Assembly (NCBI GenBank): GCA_964508535.1
Contig: CAZDTZ010000001.1
Location: forward strand, 25,786-89,785
Reading direction: 5' to 3'
DNA length: 64,000 nt
Source of the DNA: an uncultured Candidatus Saccharibacteria bacterium
Lineage (GTDB): Bacteria; Patescibacteriota; Saccharimonadia; Saccharimonadales; UBA4665
Shown: positions 18,904 through 28,344 of the stretch, piece by piece
How positions within the stretch are numbered: position 1 is the stretch's first letter
How the letters are laid out: every line of letters begins with the position of its first letter
The notes under the pieces: model-generated
Seen by the model: the letters and a program-made list of their open reading frames with translations, nothing else
Databases searched by the model: none
Told to the model about the DNA's origin: nothing
Program-made: the position numbers and the translations under genes

Positions 18904-19935
18904 ATGACCGCAAACAAAAGCCACAACCTTGATGATATCCAGGCGCGTAAGGGCGACCACATCCGGCTATGTCTGGACCCGCGTTCTCAGGCGGAAGATG
19001 CAGTGTTTGAAGCGTATCATCTGCCCTACACTGCGCTGCCAGAATTGGCACTGGGCGATGTGGATACGTCTTTTAAGCTTTGCGGCAAAAGGTTGGCGAT
19101 GCCGCTGATTATTGCCTCGATGACCGGTGGTTCGGAGCACGGGCGTGCTATCAATACTAACCTGGCTATTGCAGCCGAGCGTTGCGGCGTGGCCATGGCC
19201 CTGGGCAGCCAGCGTATTGGGCTGGAAAAGCAGGACGCCAAAGACACCTTTGAACTGGTCCGCAAGCACGCCCCCACGGCCTGCATCATTGCCAATATGG
19301 GCGCGGTACAGCTCGACTATGGCCACGGCGTTGAGAGCTACCGCAAAGTGGTCGACATGGTACAGGCTGACGCGCTCTACCTGCACCTTAATCCGCTCCA
19401 GGAGGCCTTGCAGCCTGGCGGCGACACCGATTTTAGGGGTTTGCTCGAGAAGATACAGAAGCTGGTTGCAAGCGTGGGCGTGCCGGTGTTCGTAAAAGAG
19501 GTTGGGCATGGTATCTCGGGCGATGTTGCCCGGATGTTATTCGATGTTGGCGTCCAGGCGGTTGACGTAGCCGGTGTGGGCGGTACGTCGTACGCCTGGG
19601 TCGAGGCTGAGCGTTCGCATAACGACGATTTTGCGCGCTGGTTCAAGACATTCGGCATACCTACCGACCAAGCGGTTATCCAGTGCGCCCAGGCTAAAAT
19701 CACGAAGAGCCAATTGGTCATCGCCAGCGGCGGTGTTCGCAGCCCACTCGACGGCCTGAAAGCGCATGCCCTGGGAGCTGATCTCTTTTCTGCGGCAACG
19801 CCCTTTTTGGCGCCGGCCATGGACTCAGCCGAAGCGGTAATCGAAGTAATCGAAAATTGGAAAAAAGGCCTGCAGATAGCGATGTTTGCCGCCGGCGCAA
19901 AAGACTGGGTAGCTGCCCGCTCATTGCGCCTGTAG
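18904..19935 (+). CDS. fni: Type 2 (FMN-dependent) isopentenyl-diphosphate delta-isomerase
   Basis: RKGDHIRLCL N-terminus, IIASMTGG, TIM-barrel FMN motifs (ASGGVRSPLDGLKAHALGA). Confidence 0.9.
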   Translation: MTANKSHNLDDIQARKGDHIRLCLDPRSQAEDAVFEAYHLPYTALPELALGDVDTSFKLCGKRLAMPLIIASMTGGSEHGRAINTNLAIAAERCGVAMALGSQRIGLEKQDAKDTFELVRKHAPTACIIANMGAVQLDYGHGVESYRKVVDMVQADALYLHLNPLQEALQPGGDTDFRGLLEKIQKLVASVGVPVFVKEVGHGISGDVARMLFDVGVQAVDVAGVGGTSYAWVEAERSHNDDFARWFKTFGIPTDQAVIQCAQAKITKSQLVIASGGVRSPLDGLKAHALGADLFSAATPFLAPAMDSAEAVIEVIENWKKGLQIAMFAAGAKDWVAARSLRL

Positions 19936-20313
19936 CTTGCGCCAGCCGCCGGCGCGATTGTTTGCTATGACGGCTTTAAAAAGATTTAGGAGCGCTTGCT
20001 GATTAATGGTTTCACCCTCGTGGATCTGGATCGCGCGGGCGGTCAGGTTGTCTTTTCCCTGATTAATAAGGCGTTGCGGGTCTGGCGCAATCGGGTCGTA
20101 GATAAAAATGCTGAGGTGATCCTTGGCCCCGAGTAGAGCGCAAATATTGCCCTGAAGCACAAAGTATGGCCGATCGGTGCGCTTAATTGTTTCGCTGACT
20201 TCAGGGTCGGCTGCATGCACACAACTGCGTACTTGTTGGCAAACGTGTTGCTGCCATGCGGGTAATCCTGCGATGTAGTGGTCGATACGTTGGTCTGTTA
20301 GGTAAGTCGCCAT
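19921..20313 (-). CDS. DUF1801 (YdhG-like) domain protein
   Basis: 130 aa with the W..H/C..lR..i....P...E.iK pattern typical of DUF1801. Confidence 0.6.
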   Translation of the reverse strand: MATYLTDQRIDHYIAGLPAWQQHVCQQVRSCVHAADPEVSETIKRTDRPYFVLQGNICALLGAKDHLSIFIYDPIAPDPQRLINQGKDNLTARAIQIHEGETINQQALLNLFKAVIANNRAGGWRKLQAQ

Positions 20314-20327
20314 ACCATGCTACTCCG

Positions 20328-22679
20328 TTAAACCGTTAAGTCTCCGGCATCGAGGGTGATAGTGTCGCCTGCCTGGGCCTCACCCCTGAGGATTCTTTGG
20401 GCGACAGTGTCTTCTACAGCCCGCTGCAGGGCGCGGCGCATTGGCCGGGCGCCGAGGCGTGGGTCGTTGCCTACGGCAACAATTTTGGCAACAGCCGCGT
20501 CGGTTAGCTCGACACGGATGTTTTGTGTTGCAAGCGCTTTATTTGTTCCACCGAGCATCAGCCGCACAACTTGGCCGAGTTCGTCTTCGTTGAGCGGGCG
20601 GAATAGTACAATTTCGTCAAAGCGATTGAGGAGTTCTGGCTTAAACTGGTTGCTGGTAATGAGATCATCAACAAATTGGCGTTCGAAGCTTTCGAGTTGC
20701 TCACCTTGCTCGATGTGTTGGCGTATAGCTGCTGCACCAGCGTTGCTGGTGGCGATGATAATCGCGTCCTTAAACGATACGACCCTGCCGCTACCATCTG
20801 TGAGTTTGCCCTCGTCGAGCATTTGCAAAAGAAGGTTGAGAATGTTGGAGTGCGATTTTTCGATTTCGTCGAGTAGTAACACGCTAAATGGCCGCTCACG
20901 CATCTTCAGAAAGAGGCTACCATTGCTGTCCAGCAGGCGGCTCACGTCGCTTGCCTGCTGATATTCGCTCATGTCTAGGCGGATCATATTGTCTTCGTCG
21001 TTGAAGTAGGTCGCGGCGATTGATTTGGCAAGTTCTGTCTTACCGACGCCAGTTGGGCCAAGGAACAAGAAGCTCCCGATTGGCCGGTTGGGGCTGGAAA
21101 CGCCAGCGCGCGACCGCCGCAGGGCGTTGGCGACTACGCTAACCGCACGAGATTGGTTGATCATGCGTTCGTGGATTCTGTCTTCCAGGTTGAGCAGTTG
21201 GTCGGTCTCTATTGGTGCGGCTGCACCCGTTTTGACGCCAGTCATTTGTTCGATTGCGGCCTGGACTGATTCAGGGGATACAATATCGTGCTGTGCGTGG
21301 GTGAGCGACTGTTCGAGTAAGCGGACAGCCTTGCCCGGATAGGCAAAGTCTTGCTCGTAGCGTCCGCTCAGCCGGTAGGTTTCCTTGAGTGCGGGATAGG
21401 TAATGAGTAGTTGGTGCTTTAGCTCCATTTGGCTCGCCTTGCTGGTGAGGACTTCTAATGTGAGCGCTTGGTTGGGCTCTCGCAACACCACTGGTGTGAG
21501 CAGGCCCGCAAAGGCCGAGTTGGCGGTCTTGAGGCGTTGATAGTCGCTGGGTGTGAGTGTCAGCACGAACTGGATGGCATGCGACTGCACAACTGGCAGC
21601 AATATCTGAGTGGCATTGAACGAACCATTGCCATCCTGGAAGAAGAGTTGCGCGTTGTCCATAAACAAGATGATATTGCCGGCATGAGCAGCCTCGTTGA
21701 GCAGCATTGTCACGATGTATTCTAGTTCGCCTGGGCGCTGCGCCGCAGAGATTATTGACGATGGGTCTAGTTCGACAATTTGGTGGTGTTCCAATTTGCG
21801 GTCTTTAGTCTCGGCCAAGAGGCTCTGAGCTAAGGCGTAGGCGTGGCTTGTTTTGCCAATGCCATCTGCGCCAATAAGTGCCACTGCTGACGCGCCTTGG
21901 CTAAAGGCGGTTTTGATCGCGTTGACGCCGTCGCTGTCCCCAAGCGTACCTATCGGTATGTTGTAGCGCTCAATAGCGAGTGATATGTTGTAGCCGAAAC
22001 GCTCGAGCTGCGGGGTGAAGCCATTCGCCCAGTCGCGGCCGAGACCGCCAAAACGCGGCTTCTCACGCCGTATGATCGCTAGGCCGCGGCCAAGCCAGTC
22101 CATCACGGCTTCCACGTCACTGCTATGCAACTTGTGCCGGGTAAGCGCGTGATTGACCTCGGCCGAAGCCAGGACTAGCGCGGTGGCAATATGGCCTGGC
22201 TCAACAGCCGCACAATGTGTCCTGTCGGCCAAGCGCAACGCCTGTGGCCAGATAGCACTAAGCAGCAAGTGTTCGTCACTTTTGAGAAGCTCACTTATGT
22301 CGTCCGGATGTACAAATAGATGGTTGCACAGAAAACTGACTTGCCAGTCGTCTTTGATGGCCTCCCACAGTTCATGCGGATTGTACTCGACTGATGGCCT
22401 GAGATGCACAAGTACATCGATAGATAGTCGGTCGTTGAGCTCTGAGCCAGCGACGGGGATAACCGACAGGCTTCGCTTCCACCAGATAGCAAACATCAAA
22501 GCAAATAAGGCAATACCGCCTAGGCTAAACCCATACCGATGGCCAGACGCAACCAGCGAAATACCACCTGCCCCTAACAGAATCCATAGCGCCAAGGCAA
22601 CGATATATCCCGCAGAGCCGATTTGTTTTCCAAAGCGTGCGCACTGTGCGCGAACGGTTTTGAGGTTGAGCGTCTCCAT
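20328..22679 (-). CDS. Membrane-anchored ClpA/ClpB-like double AAA+ ATPase
   Basis: Two predicted N-terminal TM helices. D1 has Walker A GADGIGKT but Walker B ILFMDNAQ (DN rather than DE). D2 has GPTGVGKT, LLLDEIEK, and sensor-2 GARPMRR. Confidence 0.85.
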   Translation of the reverse strand: METLNLKTVRAQCARFGKQIGSAGYIVALALWILLGAGGISLVASGHRYGFSLGGIALFALMFAIWWKRSLSVIPVAGSELNDRLSIDVLVHLRPSVEYNPHELWEAIKDDWQVSFLCNHLFVHPDDISELLKSDEHLLLSAIWPQALRLADRTHCAAVEPGHIATALVLASAEVNHALTRHKLHSSDVEAVMDWLGRGLAIIRREKPRFGGLGRDWANGFTPQLERFGYNISLAIERYNIPIGTLGDSDGVNAIKTAFSQGASAVALIGADGIGKTSHAYALAQSLLAETKDRKLEHHQIVELDPSSIISAAQRPGELEYIVTMLLNEAAHAGNIILFMDNAQLFFQDGNGSFNATQILLPVVQSHAIQFVLTLTPSDYQRLKTANSAFAGLLTPVVLREPNQALTLEVLTSKASQMELKHQLLITYPALKETYRLSGRYEQDFAYPGKAVRLLEQSLTHAQHDIVSPESVQAAIEQMTGVKTGAAAPIETDQLLNLEDRIHERMINQSRAVSVVANALRRSRAGVSSPNRPIGSFLFLGPTGVGKTELAKSIAATYFNDEDNMIRLDMSEYQQASDVSRLLDSNGSLFLKMRERPFSVLLLDEIEKSHSNILNLLLQMLDEGKLTDGSGRVVSFKDAIIIATSNAGAAAIRQHIEQGEQLESFERQFVDDLITSNQFKPELLNRFDEIVLFRPLNEDELGQVVRLMLGGTNKALATQNIRVELTDAAVAKIVAVGNDPRLGARPMRRALQRAVEDTVAQRILRGEAQAGDTITLDAGDLTV

Positions 22680-23039
22680 CTAGACTATCCCCCACACTAT
22701 GAGCCCAACAGCGGCAAAAGGCAGAGCTGGCCAGATAATAAGTTCAACGATCCCAATAAGTACTAGGAGTAATAAAAAAATTGTTGCCGCGCACAACACA
22801 AAGATGCGTACAAAAAAGCCGATGATGCGGCTGATCGCATTGTCTGCTGCGGCTCGAAGATGGGCGCTCAGCCCTGACCCCGGGTAGCTAATAATCCGAC
22901 GCCAAGGTGAGAACAGCGTGCGTAGCAAGATAGCAACCGAAAATGCGTCGGACACGTGCGCTATGTTTTTTCGCGTGTCCTGAAGGGCCGTTGCCCAACC
23001 ACGTCCGTACCACCAAGAGAAGAAATTCAGCATGAGCAT
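22680..23039 (-). CDS. Small membrane protein, zero-gap coupled to the Clp-like gene
   Basis: 119 aa with 2-3 TM helices. Its TAG stop abuts the ATG of the downstream AAA+ gene (TAGATG). Confidence 0.55.
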   Translation of the reverse strand: MLMLNFFSWWYGRGWATALQDTRKNIAHVSDAFSVAILLRTLFSPWRRIISYPGSGLSAHLRAAADNAISRIIGFFVRIFVLCAATIFLLLLVLIGIVELIIWPALPFAAVGLIVWGIV

Positions 23040-23103
23040 AATAGGTCAATTGTAGCATTGGCTGGGCGCGCTTACTACTCGCAAACACCTAGGACAGTAT
23101 GCA

Positions 23104-23138
23104 ACAAATAGCACCGACGGGTTGCCGGTGCTATTTGT
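23104..23138 (-). terminator. 13-bp stem hairpin downstream of the secreted-protein gene (candidate terminator, weak U-tract)
   Basis: ACAAATAGCACCG-9nt-CGGTGCTATTTGT. Confidence 0.35.
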
Positions 23139-23167
23139 TTGCCAGCAGTACTGCCGGCAAAGGGGTT

Positions 23168-24211
23168 TTAGTGGCCGCTGGGCTGATTCTTACCCGCAGT
23201 AGCGACGAAGCTTACGCAGTCGCCCTGGTTCTTGAAGGTTGTGCCATAGCCCTTCCAGCCAGTGTTGACACATTGGTCCTTGCTGGTTGGGAGGTTTGCT
23301 GGAGTCGCTCCCGAAAGCAAAGTAAGGTTGTCGATCAAGAAGCCTTTGCCAGCATCAGCTGGGTTAGCGGTGCCGCTCTCGCGGAACTCAACGGTTTTTA
23401 CAATTCGAGGTGACTGTTCTGCGACAGACTCGGAGTCGTAGCGGTAGTAGTTTTCCCAGCTTGTTCCCGTAGCCTTCAGGCTGCCGTCGATCCAGACTCT
23501 TACGACATCGTTCGATGGGCCGTCGAGCGTGTCGAGCGTTAGTTTTACGGTGTGCGGGGCAGCTCTGTTTAGCCCAGTTGCAACTTGTGTCTCGACAAAG
23601 TTGGCAGGGTTTGTCGTTCCTTGTACGTCGTCAAAGAACACATCCAGCCCAGTTGCGCCATCTTCAAAGCGCACGTAACTCATGCGCGAACCATCACCTC
23701 TGTCAGGTGATACGGACATGTGCATCCCTGGCTGTTGCGCGCCCGGCACGGCCGAAGCAATATCAAACTGCATCTCAAAGTGATGTTGCAGAGCACCTGC
23801 TGAGTATGTTCCATTGGTAGAATCGACTTCTCCAACTGCATTAGTGAGTGGTTTTGCAAATGCTTGGTCGCCAAAACAGCCGCTTGTTACGGCATCAGAA
23901 ATCCTAAAGGTCTGGTTGTTGAATGATGGATAGCCGTAGGTATTGGCGACGACACCCTCGTCGTATATAGCGCAGCCCAGGCCAGCCGAGCCAGTGGCCG
24001 TCCAGCCATCTTGCCCATTAATGTTGCCAACAGTGTAAGTCGAACTTTCAAAGTTCTGAATGTTGCTATCGGCGTGAGCCGCCAAAGGCAGGGCGACTGC
24101 CACACCAATCCCTGTTACTAGTAACGCCGCCGTTGTCATAACTGTTCGTGCCTTGGCACGTGCCTGGATTGCGCCCCTGTAAATGCTGTACTTGCCCATA
24201 TATACCCCCAA
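23168..24211 (-). CDS. Secreted protein, possibly a concanavalin/LamG-like fold, with a C-terminal Cys-motif module
   Basis: Signal peptide (AALLVTGIGVAVALPLAAHA). C-terminus KDQCVNTGWKGYGTTFKNQGDCVSFV. Confidence 0.6.
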   Translation of the reverse strand: MGVYMGKYSIYRGAIQARAKARTVMTTAALLVTGIGVAVALPLAAHADSNIQNFESSTYTVGNINGQDGWTATGSAGLGCAIYDEGVVANTYGYPSFNNQTFRISDAVTSGCFGDQAFAKPLTNAVGEVDSTNGTYSAGALQHHFEMQFDIASAVPGAQQPGMHMSVSPDRGDGSRMSYVRFEDGATGLDVFFDDVQGTTNPANFVETQVATGLNRAAPHTVKLTLDTLDGPSNDVVRVWIDGSLKATGTSWENYYRYDSESVAEQSPRIVKTVEFRESGTANPADAGKGFLIDNLTLLSGATPANLPTSKDQCVNTGWKGYGTTFKNQGDCVSFVATAGKNQPSGH

Positions 24212-24292
24212 TTTAGCTTGATATCCTCAGTGTACGCTTTTTTTCTACATATAACAGGTTTGCCGTAGCGCTACACTGTCGTCAAGCAAAAT

Positions 24293-24583
24293 TTACTCGT
24301 GGAACGGATTTTGTCGTGATTGGTTAAAGAGTACCTGGACGTTGACGCTGTTGTCCTGGAGTTGTTTTACCTTGTTGATCGTTGCTTGGTCAATGTGCGG
24401 CTCAGACGAAGTAGCCTGTGAGGCGATGGTGCTCTGATTTGGCTGAGCATTACTGAGCGTGTTGATGCGCAAGATGATAAATCCGTAGGCAATGACCACG
24501 AGTGTTATGCAAATCAATATTCGGAAGTGCGCAATACGTTTGGATATAGGCCGCAACTGTTCTCGGAGTGTATCTATGTTCAT
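24293..24583 (-). CDS. Small single-TM protein, last gene of pilMNO operon
   Basis: 96 aa with one TM helix; 4-nt overlap with the pilO-like gene. Confidence 0.45.
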   Translation of the reverse strand: MNIDTLREQLRPISKRIAHFRILICITLVVIAYGFIILRINTLSNAQPNQSTIASQATSSEPHIDQATINKVKQLQDNSVNVQVLFNQSRQNPFHE

Positions 24584-25179
24584 GGCTTTATAAACTCGTC
24601 GATTACTAAAGTAAAGGCGGTGAGGTTAGGATTCTTTTGGTCTGGTTGGACGTTGATGCTGCTTACCTGGGCGGTCCGGCGGTTGTTCTCTAGTTTGGAT
24701 AAGAACGTGATAAAGCTGCTGTAAGGCACGAGGTCGGTCGTGGCCTGTGTGACGGTAATCTGCAGATCGTATACACCATGTATGCCCTTTATTGGGGTGA
24801 CCTGCGTGAGGCCACCAGGGGTCTTTACTTTGGCGCCACCAAGCGTTGAAGGTGGAAAACCAATCGAGCTTAACTGTTTAATACCACTTTGGGCGGCCAA
24901 ATTGACAATCTCCCGCACGGCCTGTGCCTGGTCTTTATCTTGTGGCACGACATTCTTGGCGATGTCGTTGAGCTCGGCGTAGGTGGCGATGTCGGCCTTA
25001 TCTTTAGCAATCTGGGTTTGCTGGCCGGCCATTGCCAGGCTCTTTGCCTTGAGACTTACCAAGGTTTTTGACTTGCCTTCAAGCAAAATATTCGCTTGGC
25101 GCACGCTCAACAACATGCCTATAGTCAGAAGTACAAGCACGGCAATCAGTGCGTAGTGTAATCTTTTGCTTGTGATCAT
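24580..25179 (-). CDS. pilO: Type IV pilus assembly protein PilO-like
   Basis: N-terminal TM, coiled coil and ferredoxin-like domain; position after pilN with a 4-nt overlap. Confidence 0.7.
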   Translation of the reverse strand: MITSKRLHYALIAVLVLLTIGMLLSVRQANILLEGKSKTLVSLKAKSLAMAGQQTQIAKDKADIATYAELNDIAKNVVPQDKDQAQAVREIVNLAAQSGIKQLSSIGFPPSTLGGAKVKTPGGLTQVTPIKGIHGVYDLQITVTQATTDLVPYSSFITFLSKLENNRRTAQVSSINVQPDQKNPNLTAFTLVIDEFIKP

Positions 25180-25778
25180 GTGCCTGCCTTCCCGGAATTA
25201 ATAAACAGGAAGGGGTTGTTGCTGGTAAATTGTGCTCGTATGCTGGCTGTACATGGATAGTCGGTGTTTGTGGCTGCCGTGCCAGTAACGCAGCTTATGC
25301 TGACAATATCAGCCTTAGAAAATATTTGGTTGCCTGGATCTGCCAAGTTGATTTGCAACTGTGTTGCAGCATTGTAGCTGCTGGTCTGGGCGGTTATGTC
25401 GATGGCGCTCTGGGTCTGCGAGATCGACAAGTTAGTGAGTATGACATTTGAAGGAGTTGTCGTACCGAGCCGAGCTAAAAGTTTAGAGAACAGGATTTCT
25501 TTTGACAGCACCTGTACCATTAGCTTGAGGTTATTGGAGATGTCGGACACTTGTTTTTGTACGCCTGTGCTGTTTTGGCTGGTGAGTTGGCTTTGTACTC
25601 CGTCGATACGTTTGTTGTATGTGCCGATGGAATTTTGCATGAGCAGCAAGCCACTCCCCGTGATAACCGCCACCCCGACAATAGCGAGTACAAAGGCGAG
25701 TGACCAGCGGACAAGCCTGCGGTTGTGCCGGGCGTAGCGGTAGTCTTGTTTGAACTCCGGGGGCAGCAGGTTAATCAT
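25176..25778 (-). CDS. pilN: Type IV pilus assembly protein PilN-like
   Basis: MINLLP N-terminus (the PilM-binding motif) and a single TM; 4-nt overlap with pilM. Confidence 0.75.
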   Translation of the reverse strand: MINLLPPEFKQDYRYARHNRRLVRWSLAFVLAIVGVAVITGSGLLLMQNSIGTYNKRIDGVQSQLTSQNSTGVQKQVSDISNNLKLMVQVLSKEILFSKLLARLGTTTPSNVILTNLSISQTQSAIDITAQTSSYNAATQLQINLADPGNQIFSKADIVSISCVTGTAATNTDYPCTASIRAQFTSNNPFLFINSGKAGT

Positions 25779-26854
25779 ACGAAAATCTCTCCAGGGCTCG
25801 TAGTGGCAAGCCCAGCGACGGTAACAAACGACATGCGGTCAGCATTTTTGAAGTGAGGTAGCGCGCCAAATAATATATGGCCCGCTGGGCCAAAGGAGCG
25901 TACGGGTAAACGCAGTTTTTCGGTTAGATAGTCGGCGAGCCCTGGCATGTTAGCGCCTGCGCCCATAATGACAATTTGGCCGATCGGTGGTTCCTTGGTG
26001 TAGCGTTGTTCGTAGTAGCGTATTGTGCGGCGGATTTCTTTTATAAGCAGCTCCAGCGCAGGCTCTACTGCGGCTACAATCTGCGCTTGCAATGTACTGG
26101 TAGATAGCCCGTATTTAGCCTTTACGATGAGCGCTTCGTCGGCGTTTACGCGCAACGCCCGAGCGATGGTCTCGGTAATGCTATCTCCGCCGAAACCTAC
26201 GGTACCGGTTACCACGACGCCATGGTCAAACACTGTAATATCGGCGCTCTCCGTGCCGAAGTCAACCAACACAGAGGGCACGTCACTCTCTTTATCGCGC
26301 GAAAATAATCGGGAGTTTGCGCCAATGGCGGTATCAAGCAACACCGCTTCAAGCCCAAGCATGCGTGTAAGTACCAGGTATGAGTCCACGATTCTCTTGG
26401 GCATGGCAACGATGAAGATGTCCATGCCTTCTTCATCTTCACGGATAGTTGTGTAATCTACGTAGAGCTCGTCGCTGCGGTTGGGGATGTACTGCTCTAT
26501 CTCAGTTTGGACTGCTTCGTCAATGTCTTTGGCACTCAGTTTGGGCAGGCGGACTGCTCTGGTGAGCGCACGGCTGGCTGGCAGCGAAACGGCCACCCGG
26601 TCGGTGTCGATCTGACCAATGAGCTCTTCCTTAAAAAGTTTTACTGAGGCTTTTGCTATCAGCTCGGGCTTTACGATGACGCCGTCTATGATCGCCTCAG
26701 GGTCAAACGCGATTGCTCCATATCCCTTGAGTGTCGGCAGCTTGTGCCCCATCTCAAACTGCATAACCCGCAGCATATGATGGCCAACATCCAACCCAAA
26801 TAAGGGCTTGTCCTCGAAGAAATACGTTTTCACACTCTTTGTAGTCTTTTTCAT
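25775..26854 (-). CDS. pilM: Type IV pilus assembly ATPase-fold protein PilM
   Basis: 359 aa actin-like fold (FGLDVGHHMLRV .. VDFGTESADITV). Confidence 0.9.
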   Translation of the reverse strand: MKKTTKSVKTYFFEDKPLFGLDVGHHMLRVMQFEMGHKLPTLKGYGAIAFDPEAIIDGVIVKPELIAKASVKLFKEELIGQIDTDRVAVSLPASRALTRAVRLPKLSAKDIDEAVQTEIEQYIPNRSDELYVDYTTIREDEEGMDIFIVAMPKRIVDSYLVLTRMLGLEAVLLDTAIGANSRLFSRDKESDVPSVLVDFGTESADITVFDHGVVVTGTVGFGGDSITETIARALRVNADEALIVKAKYGLSTSTLQAQIVAAVEPALELLIKEIRRTIRYYEQRYTKEPPIGQIVIMGAGANMPGLADYLTEKLRLPVRSFGPAGHILFGALPHFKNADRMSFVTVAGLATTSPGEIFV

Positions 26855-26937
26855 GTCACCCGTCTAAGCATAAGCGTAGTCTTTAGAAAAAGTATAGCAC
26901 TATTTAAGATGTCCAGGAATACTTTTCCGCACAGTTA

Positions 26938-28344
26938 TTATGGCGAGAAGAGCTGCTGATAGCTGGTGATTGTCCAGGTTTTTGATCCAGATGTGAGCGT
27001 GGTGCCGAAGATGACCGTACCCGCCCCCGTTAAGTCGACGGTCTGTCCGGCGGCTGCACCAACGTTGCCACTACCGGCAAGTGAAACTTTGCTCCAGTAG
27101 GCGTCAAATACCATGCCCGGTAGGTTTACCGCACCTCCAACACTTATTGTTTGGAGTGCCTGCGAGGTTTTCAGATCGTTGCCAGTGACGGTTGTGCAGC
27201 CAGGATTACACGGCGCAGTACTCTTAAAGCTTATGAATTCGATGCCAGTACCACTACTGTTGGCAATCATGGCAGCCGAGCCAGCAACGGTGATCGTGCC
27301 ATCCACGATAATAACCGGCCGGGTTGCGCCAAGGCTGTTGGCAACGATCATCTTCGAAGAACCGTTAATCGTAAGATTGCCCGTAATATACGCGTTGCCA
27401 TTAACGGTGACGTTGCAGCTACCGCCCACGCCGACGTTGCCCGTCAGTTTTAGGTTGTTCGGCCATGTTCGGTTAAACGGGGAGCTATTGCATACGTACG
27501 TATTGCTTGTGCCTGCGGCCGTAGTGGTAACGGCATTGATTTGCGCCTGGCGATCGTATGTCGGCGGTGATGTCACCGGCGCGACGCAGCCGACCTCTAG
27601 GCCAGCACCAGTAGTGCCTGGTTGTATATTGTTGTTCGGGCCAGTGCTGGTTTGCCCGGTAGCGCAGACAGACCCATAGATGTTTGTGCTGTGCGCCATT
27701 GTTATCGGCTGGGTGCCTGCACAAACCTGTGGATATGTCGGGCCAGGCGATGCACCGGTAGGACAGGCATTGTTGGCTGCAAATACGTTAACTGGGTTAG
27801 TGGACGTACCGATTTTGGACGCCCCGTTTAGGGTAATTGTGCCGCTCACGTACACATCGGAATTAATAATATTGGCGCTGCCGCCCAGGATAAGTCCGCC
27901 TGGTCCAGTCAGGACTGAATAGCCGCTACTGCCGGTACCGACGACGGTTGCCCGCACCTTTCTTGTAAGATACGGCGTGGCATCGCCGCTCCTTTTGTAG
28001 ACGTTGCCAATTGCAACAATAGTTTTTGACGTCCCGTCGGCGTTCGTGGTGACCGTTGACGTAAACGTAGCCCTGCCCTGAGTGCCGTTGCTAAAGAATT
28101 GTTGTGACGATGCGTAGCCGGCAAATGTGTCGTCGGTATTGAGTTGGTGAACCGACTGCTCGATGGCTGCTTCGGCAACCAACTGGGCATTTTGATCGAA
28201 CGACTCTCGCTTGGTGTGCTGGTACTGCAGGGCAACTAATTGGGCGATCGAAAAGCCTATGATTGTCAGGAATAAAATCATAATCACCGCCGAGACCAAG
28301 AACCAGCCTCTTTCTTCGGAATCGTTGGCCGATATTTTACTCAT
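26938..28344 (-). CDS. PilX-N-like large minor pilin / putative tip protein with Gly/Thr-rich, possibly beta-helical, region
   Basis: N-terminus ERGWFLVSAVIMILFLTIIGFSIAQLV. Reiterated segments such as VYVSGTITLNGASKIG, NAYITGNLTINGSSKM and DGTITVAGSAAM, with about 11 Cys. Confidence 0.65.
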   Translation of the reverse strand: MSKISANDSEERGWFLVSAVIMILFLTIIGFSIAQLVALQYQHTKRESFDQNAQLVAEAAIEQSVHQLNTDDTFAGYASSQQFFSNGTQGRATFTSTVTTNADGTSKTIVAIGNVYKRSGDATPYLTRKVRATVVGTGSSGYSVLTGPGGLILGGSANIINSDVYVSGTITLNGASKIGTSTNPVNVFAANNACPTGASPGPTYPQVCAGTQPITMAHSTNIYGSVCATGQTSTGPNNNIQPGTTGAGLEVGCVAPVTSPPTYDRQAQINAVTTTAAGTSNTYVCNSSPFNRTWPNNLKLTGNVGVGGSCNVTVNGNAYITGNLTINGSSKMIVANSLGATRPVIIVDGTITVAGSAAMIANSSGTGIEFISFKSTAPCNPGCTTVTGNDLKTSQALQTISVGGAVNLPGMVFDAYWSKVSLAGSGNVGAAAGQTVDLTGAGTVIFGTTLTSGSKTWTITSYQQLFSP

